Below the pieces are notes generated by a model. It was not told the origin of the DNA. It ran no database searches and was given only the letters and a program-made list of their open reading frames with translations. This document shows, in pieces, positions 10,700 through 22,639 of a DNA stretch of 64,000 nucleotides. Source of the stretch: Neoechinorhynchus agilis (lineage: Eukaryota; Animalia; Acanthocephala); the NCBI GenBank assembly GCA_051530055.1, contig CM121342.1, positions 4,773,489 through 4,837,488 of the forward strand, given 5' to 3'. Made by a program: the position numbers and the translations under genes. Each line of letters opens with the position of its first letter. The stretch's first letter is position 1.

Positions 10700-13600
10700 C
10701 TTATTCGGAATTCCTGGACGCTGCTCCGGCTATAAAAATGTCGCTTTCCTGACGCTCCGGCTATCCAAATGTGGCTTGTAAAATCCTAAAATGTAATCTT
10801 GTTTATGAACGGTTTTACGGAAATCAGTTCAAAACTTTCTTATTCGGAATTCCCGGACGCTCCGGCTATAAAAATGTCGCTTTTCTGACGTGTCGCTAAA
10901 GTCCTGGAATGTAATCTTGTTTCCAAACCGAGTTTCAGAAATCAATAAAAACTTTCTTATTCGAAAATTCCGGACGCTCCGGCTATAAAAATGTAACCGC
11001 TAAAATCCTAGAATGTAATCTTGTTTCCAAGCTGGTTTCAGAAATCATTTTCAAAACTTTCTTATTCGGAAATTCCGGACGCTCCGGCTATTAAAATGTA
11101 ACCGCCAAAATCCTAGAATGTAATCTTGTTTCCAAACTGGTTTCAAAAATCAATAAAAACTTTCCTATTCGAAAATTCCGGACGCTCCGGCTATAAAAAT
11201 GTAATCGCTAAAATCCAAAAATGTAATCTTTTTTCTAACCGAGTTTCAGAAATCATTTTGAAAACTTTCTTATTCGGAAATTCCGGACGCTCCGGCTATT
11301 CAAATGTAACCGCTAAAATCCTAAAATGTTATCTTTTTTCTAACCGAGTTTCAGGAATCATTTTCAAAACTTTCTTATTCGAAAATTCCGGACGCTCCGG
11401 CTATAAAAATGTAGCCGCTAAAATCCTAGAATGTAATCTTTTTTCTAACCGATTTTCAGAAATCATTTTCAAAACTTTCTTATTCGGAAATTCCGGACGC
11501 TCCGGCTATCCAAATGTAACCGCTAAAATCCTAGAATGTAATCTTTTTTCTAACCGAGTTTCAGAAATCATTTAAACTTTTTATCGGAAATTCCGGACGC
11601 TCGTAAATGTAACCGCTAAAATCCTAAATGTAATCTTGTTTCTAACCGATTTTCAGAAATCATTTTCAAAACTTTCTTATTCGGAAATTCCGGACGCTCC
11701 GGCTATCCAAATGTAACCGCTAAAATCCTAAAATGTAATCTTTTTTCTAACCGAGTTTCAGAAATCATTTTCAAAACTTTCTTATTCGGAAATTCCGGAC
11801 GCTCCGGCTATTCAAATGTAACCGCTAAAATCCTAAAATGTTATCTTTTTTCTAACCGAGTTTCAGGAATCATTTTCAAAACTTTCTTATTCGGAAATTC
11901 CGGACGCTCCGGCTATAAAAATGTAGCCGCTAAAATCCTGGAATGTAATCTTTTTTCTAACCGATTTTCAGAAATCATTTTCAAAACTTTCTTATTCGGA
12001 AATTCCGGACGCTCCGGCTATCCAAATGTAACCGCTAAAATCCTAGAATGTAATCTTTTTTCTAACCGAGTTTCAGGAATCATTTTCAAAACTTTTTTAG
12101 TCGGAAATTCCGGACGCTCCGGCTATCCAAATGTAACCGCTAAAATCCTAAAATGTAATCTTGTTTCTAACCGATTTTCAGAAATCATTTTCAGAACTTT
12201 CTTATTCGGAAATTCCGGACGCTCCGGCTATCCAAATGTAACCGCTAAAATCCTAAAATGTAATCTTGTTTCTAACCGAGTTTCAGAAATCATTTTCAAA
12301 ACTTTCTTATTCGGAAATTCCGGACGCTCCGACTATAAAAATGTAACCGCTAAAATCCTAGAATGTAATCTTTTTTCTAACCGAGTTTCAGAAATCATTT
12401 TGAAAACTTTCTTATTCGGAAATTCCGGAAGCTCCGGCTATCCAAATGTAACCGCTAAAATCCTAGAATTTAATCTTTTTTCTAAGCGATTTTGCGGAAA
12501 TCACTTTCAAATATTTCTTATTCTGAAATTCCGGACGCTCCGGCTATCCAAATGTAGCCGCTAAAATCCTAGAATTTAATCTTTTTTCTAACCGAGTTTC
12601 AGAAATCATTTTCAAAACTTTCTTATTCGGAAATTCCGGACGCTCCGGCTATCCAAATGTAACCGCTAAAATCCTAGAATGTAATCTTTTTTCTAAGCGA
12701 TTTTGAGGAATCACTTTCAAATATTTCTTATTCTGAAATTCCGGACGCTCCGGCTATCCAAATGTAACCGCTAAAATCCTAGAATGTAATCTTGTTTCAA
12801 CGTTTCAGAAATCATTTTTAGAACTTTCTTATTTGGAAATTCCGGACGCTCCGGCTATAAATGTAACCGCTAAAATCCTAGAATTTAATCTTTTTTCTAA
12901 GCGATTTTGCGGAAATCACTTTCAAATATTTCTTATTCTAAAATTCCGGACGCTCCGGCTATCCAAATGTAATGGCTAAAATCCTAGAATGTAATCTTTT
13001 TTCTAACCGATTTTCAGAAATCATTTTCAAAACTTTCTTATTCGGAAATTCCGGACGCTCCGGCTATCCAAATGTAACCGCTAAAATCCTAGAATTTAAT
13101 CTTTTTTCTAATCGATTTTCAGAAATCATTTTCAAAACTTTCTTATTCGGAAATTCCGGACGCTCCGGCTATCCAAATGTAACCGCTAAAATCCTAGAAT
13201 GTAATCTTTTTTCTAACCGATTTTCAGAAATCATTTTCAAAACTTTTTTATCTCGGAAATTCCGGACGCTCCGGCTATCCAAATGTAACCGCTAAAATCC
13301 TAGAATGTAATCTTTTTTCTAACCGAGTTTCAGAAATCATTTTCAAAACTTTCTTATTCGGAAATTCCGGACGCTCCGGCTATCCAAATGTAGCCGCTAA
13401 AATCCTGGAATGTAATCTTTTTTCTAACCGATTTTCAGAAGTCATTTTCAAAACTTTCTTATTCGGAAATTCCAGACGCTCCGGCTATTAAAATGTAACC
13501 GCCAAAATCCTAAAATGTAATCTTGTTTCTAACCGATTTTCAGAAGTCATTTTCAAAACTTTCTTATTCGGAAATTCCGGACGCTCCGGCTATCCAAATG

Positions 13601-14884
13601 TAACCGCTAAAATCCTAGAATGTAATCTTTTTTCTAACCGATTTTCAGAAATCATTTTCAAAACTTTCTTATTCGGAAATTCCGGACGCTCCGGCTATCC
13701 AAATGTAACCGCTAAAATCCTAAAATGTAATCTTGTTTCTAACCGATTTTCAGAAATCATTTTCAAAACTTTCTTATTCGGAAATTCCGGACGCTCCGGC
13801 TATCCAAATGTAACCGCTAAAATCCTAGAATGTAATCTTTTTTCTAACCGATTTTCAGAAATCATTTTCAAACTTTCTTATTCGAAATTCCGGACGCTCC
13901 GGCTATCCAAATGTAACCGCTAAAATCCTAAAATGTAATCTTGTTTCTAACCGATTTTCAATATTTTCAATTTCTTATTCGAAATTCCGGACGCTCCGGC
14001 TATCAAATGTACGCTAAAATCGAATTAATCTTTTTTCTAACCGAGTTTCAGAAATCATTTTCAAAACTTTCTTATTCGGAAATTCCGGACGCTCCGGCTA
14101 TCAAATGTAACGCTAAAATCCTAGAATGTAATCTTTTTTCTAACCGAGTTTCAGAAATCATTTTCAAAACTTTCTTATTCGGAAATTCCGGACGCTCCGG
14201 CTATCCAAATGTAACCGCTAAAATCCTAAAATGTAATCTTGTTTCTAACCGATTTTCAGAAATCATTTTCAAAACTTTCTTATTCTGAAATTCCGGACGC
14301 TCCGGCTATCCAAATGTAGCCGCTAAAATCCTAGAATGTAATCTTTTTTCTAACCGAGTTTCAGAAATCATTTTCAAAACTTTCTTATTCGGAAATTCCG
14401 GACGCTCCGGCTATCCAAATGTAACCGCTAAAATCCTAGAATTTAATCTTTTTTCTAACCGAGTTTCAGAAATCATTTTCAAAACTTTCTTATTCGGAAA
14501 TTCCGGACGCTCCGGCTATCCAAATGTAACCGCTAAAATCCTAGAATGTAATCTTTTTTCTAAACGAGTTTCAGAAATCAATAAAAACTTTCTTATTCGG
14601 AAATTCCGGACGCTCCGGCTATCCAAATGTAACCGCCAAAATCCTAAAATGTAATCTTGTTTCTAACCGAGTTTCAGGAATCATTTTCAAAACTTTCTTA
14701 TTCGGAAATTCCGGACGCTCCGGCTATCCAAATGTAACCGCTAAAATCCTAGAATGTAATCTTGTTTGCAAACGGGTTTCAGAAATCAATAAAAACTTTC
14801 TTATTCGGAAATTCCGGACGCTCCGGCTATCCAAATGTAACCGCTAGTATTCTAGAATGTAATCTTGTTTCTAACCGAGTTTCG
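10700..14884. repeat. Satellite array, 105-bp unit x ~40
   Basis: Consensus GGAAATTCCGGACGCTCCGGCTATCCAAATGTAACCGCTAAAATCCTAGAATGTAATC...; degenerate edges. Confidence 0.97.
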
Positions 14885-15073
14885 GGGATGAACCACAAAG
14901 CCTTATTGTGGTACACTCAATTTTTTGTTGCATAGTCCATCGTGGCATCATTGTTTCGTTTGCGATAGAATGCTTCATTCTCAGATCACGGTTTTTTTTA
15001 TATAAAAATTTTCAGAATCTACGGCAAGAGCTCGTCTCCTCACCTACACTAAACCGCACAGTATATAAAGAGT

Positions 15074-16822
15074 ATGCAACAGCATTCCTCACCAATAAAT
15101 CATCAACGCCTTATTGGATCATCATCTTCGCCGCAATTACTAAAGTCTTGCATGGACCGTTCCGATGAAGAAGATTTGGCCGCTCCAAAGCGTTCCAAAA
15201 TTAGGCTTAATAAAATTGATAAATCATTGCTGATGAAACTTCTGCAGGGTGATTCGGAGCTTCCCGTCGTTGACACGAATGCAATGATGAATGCCGACAC
15301 TCGATCATCGACGGATTCAGCACCGGAGACGGTTCGTGCCGTTTCGTCGGCTACGGACGTACCGGTTGTTAAACATAGTCAGAGTTCGGTAAAGGATCTA
15401 TGTGAGCTTTTAAAATCATCCGTCGATGACACATATCTCATAGTCAACCACTCTGTTGCAGCTGATGTTTTGGTGGAACTTTTAAATAGGAACCTGACGG
15501 TCGATGAGATTCTTGAGAATCGTTTCGTGGCTCTAATAGGAAATTTGCGTAAAAATAAAAAGAACGTCCAAGGACGCGATGTTATTCGTAGACTGACCGA
15601 AAAGATCCGATTATTAGTTCAGACGATTAATCGACCAGCGTCAGAGTCTAGTAGTGCAGCAGCAGCGGCAGTGGAAGCGCCACCGCTTCCATCGCAACGG
15701 GTTCAAACAAGACAGCGAAAGCAGATGAACACGGCTGAGATTATTAACTCAATCATTCCACAAATGGTTATGGCAGAACCAAGAACGGTGGTGTCGCCGC
15801 CGCCGACAGTTTCTTTACCTTTAGAGAGAAAGGTGAGTTCAAAAGAGAAAAACGGGTTAAAAACGACGAAAGAGTGTGATCCATCATTGGTGGCACCACA
15901 CAATGTTGAAGTTAAAACGGTTAATGGACTTAAACGTCACCACAAAAGGAGTCCGTCTGCGAAGTTAAAAAAGACTACGCACGAGAATGAATTTGTTAGT
16001 GGAAATACAAAGAAAATGCGGGTTGAACCGAGTTTGGGTTTAAAACGTAAAAGTGCCGATTCCGTCAAATCCACCGCCGCCGCAGCCGACCTTTCAATTT
16101 GTTCAGAGGTCAAACAATCAAAATTGACGAGCGTTGTTGGTCTTCTTACAGATAATGGTGATTATGATCGTTCTTCAAAGGAATACGCTGTTTATTTGTC
16201 TAAGAAACCGAAGCAACAAATGACAAAAGAAGAGATTGAAGACTACTATAGGTTCAAAGCCGAGCATAAGGAACGAAAGGAGCAAAGGCGGGTGGCTGCT
16301 GAGAAAAAGAATGAGATTGAGAATGAGCGATTAAGACGTGAGGATGAGAAGCGTAGGTTGAGACGGGAGCGTATTCGGGCGGAATTGGAAAAGGATGATG
16401 AAGACATAGAAAAAGTGACTGAATTGTTGGAGCAAATGAAAGTCTTGCGGGTTCCTTCTAGAAGTCGGATTGAGGAGCAGCTATGTGAATGTGTACAAGT
16501 GGTAGATGATGAAAAGACGAAGAAGGATGAGGAGGAATGCAGTGTAGAGCAGCAGCAGCAGGAGCCTGTTTGTTTAACAGAGTGTAGTGCATTCTCTAAG
16601 GAAGATCCTTACCGTGAACATGAACGAATTCTGCCATTTTTGGACCTTTTTCATCCCCGTCCTGTTAACTTCTTCGAAGGATATGAGGATCCTGATCAGT
16701 ACGTGAAGGATATTGGGTACCAGGTTCGATGGACTCGACCCCGACGCCCAAGCATATTTCTTCATTATTTGAAGCGTGAGATTGCGGAATTCGAGGCTAA
16801 ACGGGTTAATCGCAAAACGTAG
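15074..16822 (+). CDS. MED26: TFIIS-N/LW-domain protein, probable Mediator subunit 26-like
   Basis: LVELLNRNLTVDEILENRFVALIGNLRK resembles TFIIS N-terminal domain; long Ser/Lys-rich linker; C-terminal TECS...RILPFLDL resembles MED26 ILPYV tail. Confidence 0.55.
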   Translation: MQQHSSPINHQRLIGSSSSPQLLKSCMDRSDEEDLAAPKRSKIRLNKIDKSLLMKLLQGDSELPVVDTNAMMNADTRSSTDSAPETVRAVSSATDVPVVKHSQSSVKDLCELLKSSVDDTYLIVNHSVAADVLVELLNRNLTVDEILENRFVALIGNLRKNKKNVQGRDVIRRLTEKIRLLVQTINRPASESSSAAAAAVEAPPLPSQRVQTRQRKQMNTAEIINSIIPQMVMAEPRTVVSPPPTVSLPLERKVSSKEKNGLKTTKECDPSLVAPHNVEVKTVNGLKRHHKRSPSAKLKKTTHENEFVSGNTKKMRVEPSLGLKRKSADSVKSTAAAADLSICSEVKQSKLTSVVGLLTDNGDYDRSSKEYAVYLSKKPKQQMTKEEIEDYYRFKAEHKERKEQRRVAAEKKNEIENERLRREDEKRRLRRERIRAELEKDDEDIEKVTELLEQMKVLRVPSRSRIEEQLCECVQVVDDEKTKKDEEECSVEQQQQEPVCLTECSAFSKEDPYREHERILPFLDLFHPRPVNFFEGYEDPDQYVKDIGYQVRWTRPRRPSIFLHYLKREIAEFEAKRVNRKT

Positions 16823-17327
16823 AAGATCGGGACTAGCTCGACGAGATTTGTGTGGCGATTTAATAAAGAAAATGTAAATCTTGTTAAAGGCAACTAACCT
16901 CTCTGTCTTCAAAAAAACCAATTTTTGTTCTTAAACAAAGATCGCTGCATCGATCACACTCAGACGACACAAGAGTTAGAGAATTGCTAGCTGAAAGCAA
17001 TTGCGCGTAGTCGCTCCTCAAAGCAGCAGCAGCAGCAGCAACAACTTGGTTCTGATATGTGGAGTCGTCTCTGTCACTATCGACATTTTCAAATCAAGAA
17101 GGTTTCAGTGAAGAATGCGGAGGCGGCCAATATTATTAGAGAAGCGATTTTTCTTCACTTTCTATTGCGTTTTTCTCTAATAACACATTTTATTGGTAAA
17201 GTTGGCGGTTATTGTTTGTAGCAGCCGGTAAAAGATACATCCTCCAGGCAATAAAGATGTTCCTTAGTTCTCATTGTGATTTTTTAACCAAATTTTTTTA
17301 ACTTGCACACTTCGAAGCAAAATGCTA

Positions 17328-17703
17328 GCCTAACAACCCCGGGCACCCGAATTCTGCCCAACAAGCTACACTCACCATGGACTATTCTGGATACCTGAAG
17401 AGGTCTCCATTCAGACGAAAATTCGTACAAATCAGTCATCGGGGAGGTTAATAAGGTTGCAACTATCAACAGATTGGAATTCCCCTAGAATTGAAATCAA
17501 AGACACTTCATTTAATGAAAAGTGCTTTGTTCATCTCGTTTCTTCACCATGGAGCTTAATGAATTTACTTCATTTAATTTATTGGCAGTTGCAACCTTAT
17601 TAACCTCCCCGATGATTGATTTGTACGAATTTTCGTCTGCATGGAGACCTCTTCAGGTATCCAGAATAGTCGGGCAGAACTCGGGTGCCCGGGGTTGTTA
17701 GGC
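17328..17703. mobile_element. Fold-back/MITE-like element, ~117-bp inverted arms, 122-bp spacer
   Basis: 17328-17464 is reverse complement of 17587-17703 except a 20-nt insertion in the left arm and 3 substitutions. Confidence 0.8.
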
Positions 17704-18446
17704 CCGCGGGTGATCTGTCACCCCCCTGAGCAGGTCTTAGTTTGTATGGAATCTTCAGCTTCCAGCTTGGGGTATTCCCCTCCATACAGTTGTGCTCGAG
17801 TTCCGACAGGATAAATGAATATGGCTATTGATTTTGGAGTTTATTACGAGTCCGTTCGATTGAGAATATCCGATCTGGTAAGGATTGGCGGATATTGTTT
17901 GTATTAACGTTTGTAAGGTTGGTCTTTCCTCAGAATCATTTCAGGTTATGGTCTATCTATTACAAGTGCAATCCATCAATTCAAATTCTGTTATTGAGAT
18001 ATGTTTTTTTAGTAAGGGAGTTCGCATCCCAAGCAGTTTACTATTTTGGTTTTACAATAATAAAGTACAAAACGTGCAATCACCACCGTCCGCAAAATCT
18101 TAGCTTCTCTCCTTCCTCGGCCGTCGCTACTACGCTAGCAGCATTGCCTCCTCCGGAGTTAGAGGGAGTTTTGGCACAAAAAAGTACGACCAGACAAACA
18201 GTAAGCGTTTGAAGTCCACCGTCAAATCAATATTGATGTAAAGTCTTTTTAACAATTTAACTGTACAGAAGCTAATAGTCAATGTGCGCTTATAACCGAA
18301 TTTTATTCTTTGTTTCGAAAACCCAAAAAATATCCGGCGATCTTCAATTTGGTGGAATTTTCTTCAACAAATGTGGATCCTACGGTCACTGGTCTGCAAA
18401 GTTCCCCTAAAATCTCAAATAGAACTTTTATTGTGAGAACCTAAGT

Positions 18447-21400
18447 CTACCGTTCGTCTCCAAAACATTCCATGATCTCGTTGTTCTCTTGAACATCTTC
18501 TTCCTCTTCTTCGTCTAAAAAGTTAACATTTAAATGATTGCATTGATTCCCGCTTAAGATGTTGCCGTGGTGGGTTACTGCATTGCCCTGTTGTCCATCT
18601 TCATCATCGTCACTAGCACGAAAAGTCTTATTTAAGGCTGAGGAGTGATCATAGATTTTGGCTAATTTGGGAGAACTTAAAGGACATCCCAGATCCATTC
18701 CCACATAAACATCCGATGTATCCATTGTAGCCACGGCGTTAAAATTCGGTCCTAGTCCTTTAAAAACGCAATCGTCACATTCTGTCATAACGTCGGTGAA
18801 CTCACTTAGACGTCGTCGTTTTGGAATGTCCGCAACTAGCATTTCCTCATCCGTATCCTCATCAAAATCATCTTCCAGAATCGATTGATTGAGGACATCG
18901 ACAACGGACGGTTCAAATTTACATTCATCGATTGGGTTTTTAAGGCCGAGCAATTGGTAGTCGCCATCCGGCTCATTAGAATGATGTTCAATGGGAAAAG
19001 TGCATGAATCAGAGTCATCATCGCCGATTTTAAATTCATGAGGAGCATTACGGCACTCAGGTAGTTCAAGAATAGCATTTAAACGGGCTCTTTGAAAATC
19101 GTCGTAGTCAATATGTGCCATTGCATCGGCGTTCTTTAGGACATCCTCCCATTTGTAGGCACACAGGTCAACATCAAAACATATCCATGGATGTTGAGTT
19201 AAAGAAGAAGCCGTTGGTCGGTTTGTAAGGTGAAATACACTTTCGAACAGGTCTCGGAGGCTTGTACTGATCAAGCAAGGATAAGTCCGCTCGGTGCAAA
19301 CTATCATATCTGGATCCTTGAATGGCATAAATCCAAAAAGGATTAAATACAAGATCACACCCATGGACCAAACATCAGACGCCCGCGGATCGTATTTATA
19401 GTTAAGAAGTGCTTCTGGTGGACAGTAGTCCAAGTTGCCAACGATCATCGTATCCCACCGATCAGTGCATAAATGAAGAGGATGTGCAAACGATAGATCC
19501 GTAAGTTTCATACGAAAAGCACTGTTGATGCTGATGTTGTCCGCTCGAAGGTTGCGAACCGCACAACCGATTTCTTCGTGAAGGTAATGAACACCACTAA
19601 CGATTTGACGAAACATAAAGCTCGCGAGCCCTTCATCCATAGTGGATCTCATTGCTGTAAACATTTGAATATCTATTGCAGGCACTCTTTTCTTGGTTAA
19701 GAGATTTTTTTTAAAAACCCTCGATCAACAAAAATTTAAGCTTAAAAGAGAAAAAAAGGCTACTTAAAAGGAAATTTGAAAAACAATTTCTTTTGTGTGT
19801 GGTTCAATGGAACAGTTTCCTGAACATTTGCATGTTTCTATAGGCCGAAGAGACCGTCTGCATTTAGAGGTTGCTCACCGTGTAACAGTGTTACGATCTT
19901 ATAATATTGATTATCTTCAAAAACATCAAGTAACTTTACGAAGCATGGATGCTTTTGAAGGCCATAAAGAACTTTGATTCCGTAAGGAACACGCTTAGGA
20001 GTTTTGTGTTTTATGCCTTCAAACACCAAATTATCGCACATTGATTCCATATGAATTTTGGCCCCTTCAAGTTCGTCTTTGGACAAGTAACGGGTTGTGA
20101 GTACGTTTTGGTTCACTTCATATTTTGTTTTGGAAACAAATAGCGGTCCAAATCGTCCTCTAGTGACCTCTATGACATCATCATAAAGATCAGCGTATCC
20201 AGTTTGGCTATCTTCGTCTACAAGTGACTCTTCTTCAAGTTTAGAATCTTTGTACCGTTCAACGAGAACACTTTCTTGTAGCTCGAAAGCGTGCTGATCA
20301 TTTTCGGGTCTTGATAGCCATATTGCATAGAAACCGCTTGGAATGCGTGAGACAATAAATCTTGCCTGCAACTCAGATCCATTACGATGGCGACATGGAC
20401 CGCAAAATGTTCCTTCCTGGAACAGAAATCTCCGTTCAACTAGACCAGGATTCCCAGCCAATCTCAAAAGGGATCTTCGTTTCGAGGAAAGATTAGGAGA
20501 GACACCGTCACCAATGGGCAATCCATCTTCCACTCTTATCCTTCTGGGAGTTTGAAAAGTCGTAGGAGGGGCTACTGCATGGCTCAATCGTTGTTGAGCT
20601 GCTACTCGATCAGTGGGTGAGTTTTGTTCAATATTGTGCTTCATATTTCTCATGATTGCTTCTCGTCTAAAATCCACTTGATTCCTACGCTTCGAAGGTG
20701 GCTTTTGTAAATGGTCGGCGCTTTCATCGACATCAAAAAGTCTCGAATTTTTAAGCCGGTCTTTAGCAAAAGGTGAATTAAAACCAAGAGCATTGGCACG
20801 AACGTGTGGATCTGTCCCATCAAGTCTATCGAGTGTACCACTGACGAGTTTAGCACAACATACACTATCCTCAATCTCAGTTTTATATTCGCCATCAAGA
20901 ACGTGTGGATCGATAACGGGATATATATGATGTCGAGTACTAAAGACTTTCTGAAACGTCGGTACCAGCAAATGAATATGCTTATTTTTAACAGGGCAAA
21001 TTAATTCCTGATTTCTATAATGATCAGCATATCCGAAAAAAAGACGCATCAACGTTGAATTGTAGTCGACGATGAATCCGTGTTCGTCCACGATAATCAA
21101 TCCGCAAACGTTCGTGAATTCTTGAAGGCGGAGCAAAATATGACCATTGATTTCAGTCTTTAGGACTAGAACAGGAAACACAGTTCCGTTCAGAGTCAGG
21201 CCGGTTATTGAAGTTCCCATGCGGGCAACGTAATCCAAATACACTAATGGATTGATTTCGTGAAACTTTCCTTCGCTATCTCGATACTTTTGCCCTTCTA
21301 ACTTAAGAAACTCCTGTAATCTATGATTGACTAGTCGCTGTTTTGCGTTTGCTGTTCCAAACATTATCGAGAAGTTCGAGTCATGATCTTCGATTATTCC

Positions 21401-22312
21401 ACTAGAGCTATTAATAGTGCATGCAGCTTCAAACTTGTAAGAGCGCTCAAAAACAATTAGAAGCAAAGTTCGATCGATGGAATCTTCTATAGACTTTGAT
21501 GGAATCAAGTGGACGTATGCACAAACTCCAATTTCATTGTACTCTTTGTCGTAAACTTCCATTAACTTTCCAGTGTCTAAAATGAGGCCACGTCCTTTAT
21601 CTTTTGTATTGTTTAAATGAAACTCAATAGCGGTTTCCATCGTTTTTGTGGCCCACTGACTGTACTTGTCCGGAATCAGTTGATAGAAATCGCCAAGTGC
21701 TTGGGAGCCAAATATACAAATCGCTTCGTCATTGAAATTTGCAATGAAATGAGTTTTGGCGTCGATCAGAAGAATAATTCGACGATTAGTACGACCTGAA
21801 GGTGGTGGTGGATAGTCCTGGTAGGTCATTGTAGGTAAAGGGAGGTTTGGCGACATTGACATTCTTTCCATTAATGGATCTGCTGATTTGCTCCTTCGTC
21901 TCGATTGAGTAGATAACGAAAAGAATTTATTTCTTTGTTTCAGTGAAGCTGATGTTGGTGTGAAGCCCTGAGATATTGGAAGTTGCTGTTTTCGAACACT
22001 AGCAAACGAAATTGTGTTTAGACCAATACAATCAAATGCTCCAGTGCTTTGACGATTTGCACTGATCTGAGGTTCCAAACCCAACCTATCGATTTGATCA
22101 ATAAAATCGACTACTGAATTAAACGTATCCGACGAACGACGAGGACTATTGCGGCTTCGGCGGCGGCGACGACGACGAGTGGATTTAGAATCCCCGTGGG
22201 CTTTGTGATTGTGTGATTCTTTAAATTTGCAGGCTCTTCGTTTAAGTTCATCCAACATATCCCGTAGCATCAAGTCAGACGATGATAGATTTGTAGGTTT
22301 TGTTGCAGACAT
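18447..22312 (-). CDS. PASK: PAS-domain kinase homologue, 2 exons (22312-19879, 19684-18447), kinase motifs degenerate
   Basis: N-terminal PAS-like repeats (IVDEHGFIVDYN...FFGY); kinase fold VKLLDVFEDNQYYKIVTLLH|VPAIDIQMF...DEGLASFMFRQIVSGVHYL...YCPPE...DVWSMGVILY aligns to PASK; donor G|GTGAGC, acceptor GAG|. Confidence 0.85.
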
Positions 22313-22639
22313 CTAAGAAATGCAAAAAAAGGACTCGATCGCCTAAAGAACATATCGCCCGTCTTGTGAGGTAAAAACGTCAACTATTTTGGGGAAAAAA
22401 CGCGGATTTCCTCATAAACTCACATTTTCCAAATAAAAGAAGTTAAAAGCTTTAAAAATGAGAGATTGAATGGTCGAACACGCAACGATAATCGAACACG
22501 AGGGCGCTAGTGCGGTGGCATTTAAAGGCGCATTATTGACGCATCGTGGTTCAATGTGGGTGTGTGGGTGTGGGTGTGGGTGTAAAGAATCGATAACGCC
22601 AATAATCACTGATTATTTGAGCGATTTGTTTTCATGAAT

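Noticed and set aside
10700-14884. 105-bp unit as a 35-aa coding repeat
   Set aside because: Some copies carry in-frame TAA (GGC TAT TAA) and 106-nt variants; no start/stop architecture
17020-17220. Poly-Q-initiated open frame after MED26-like
   Set aside because: Short, no domain and no clear splice context
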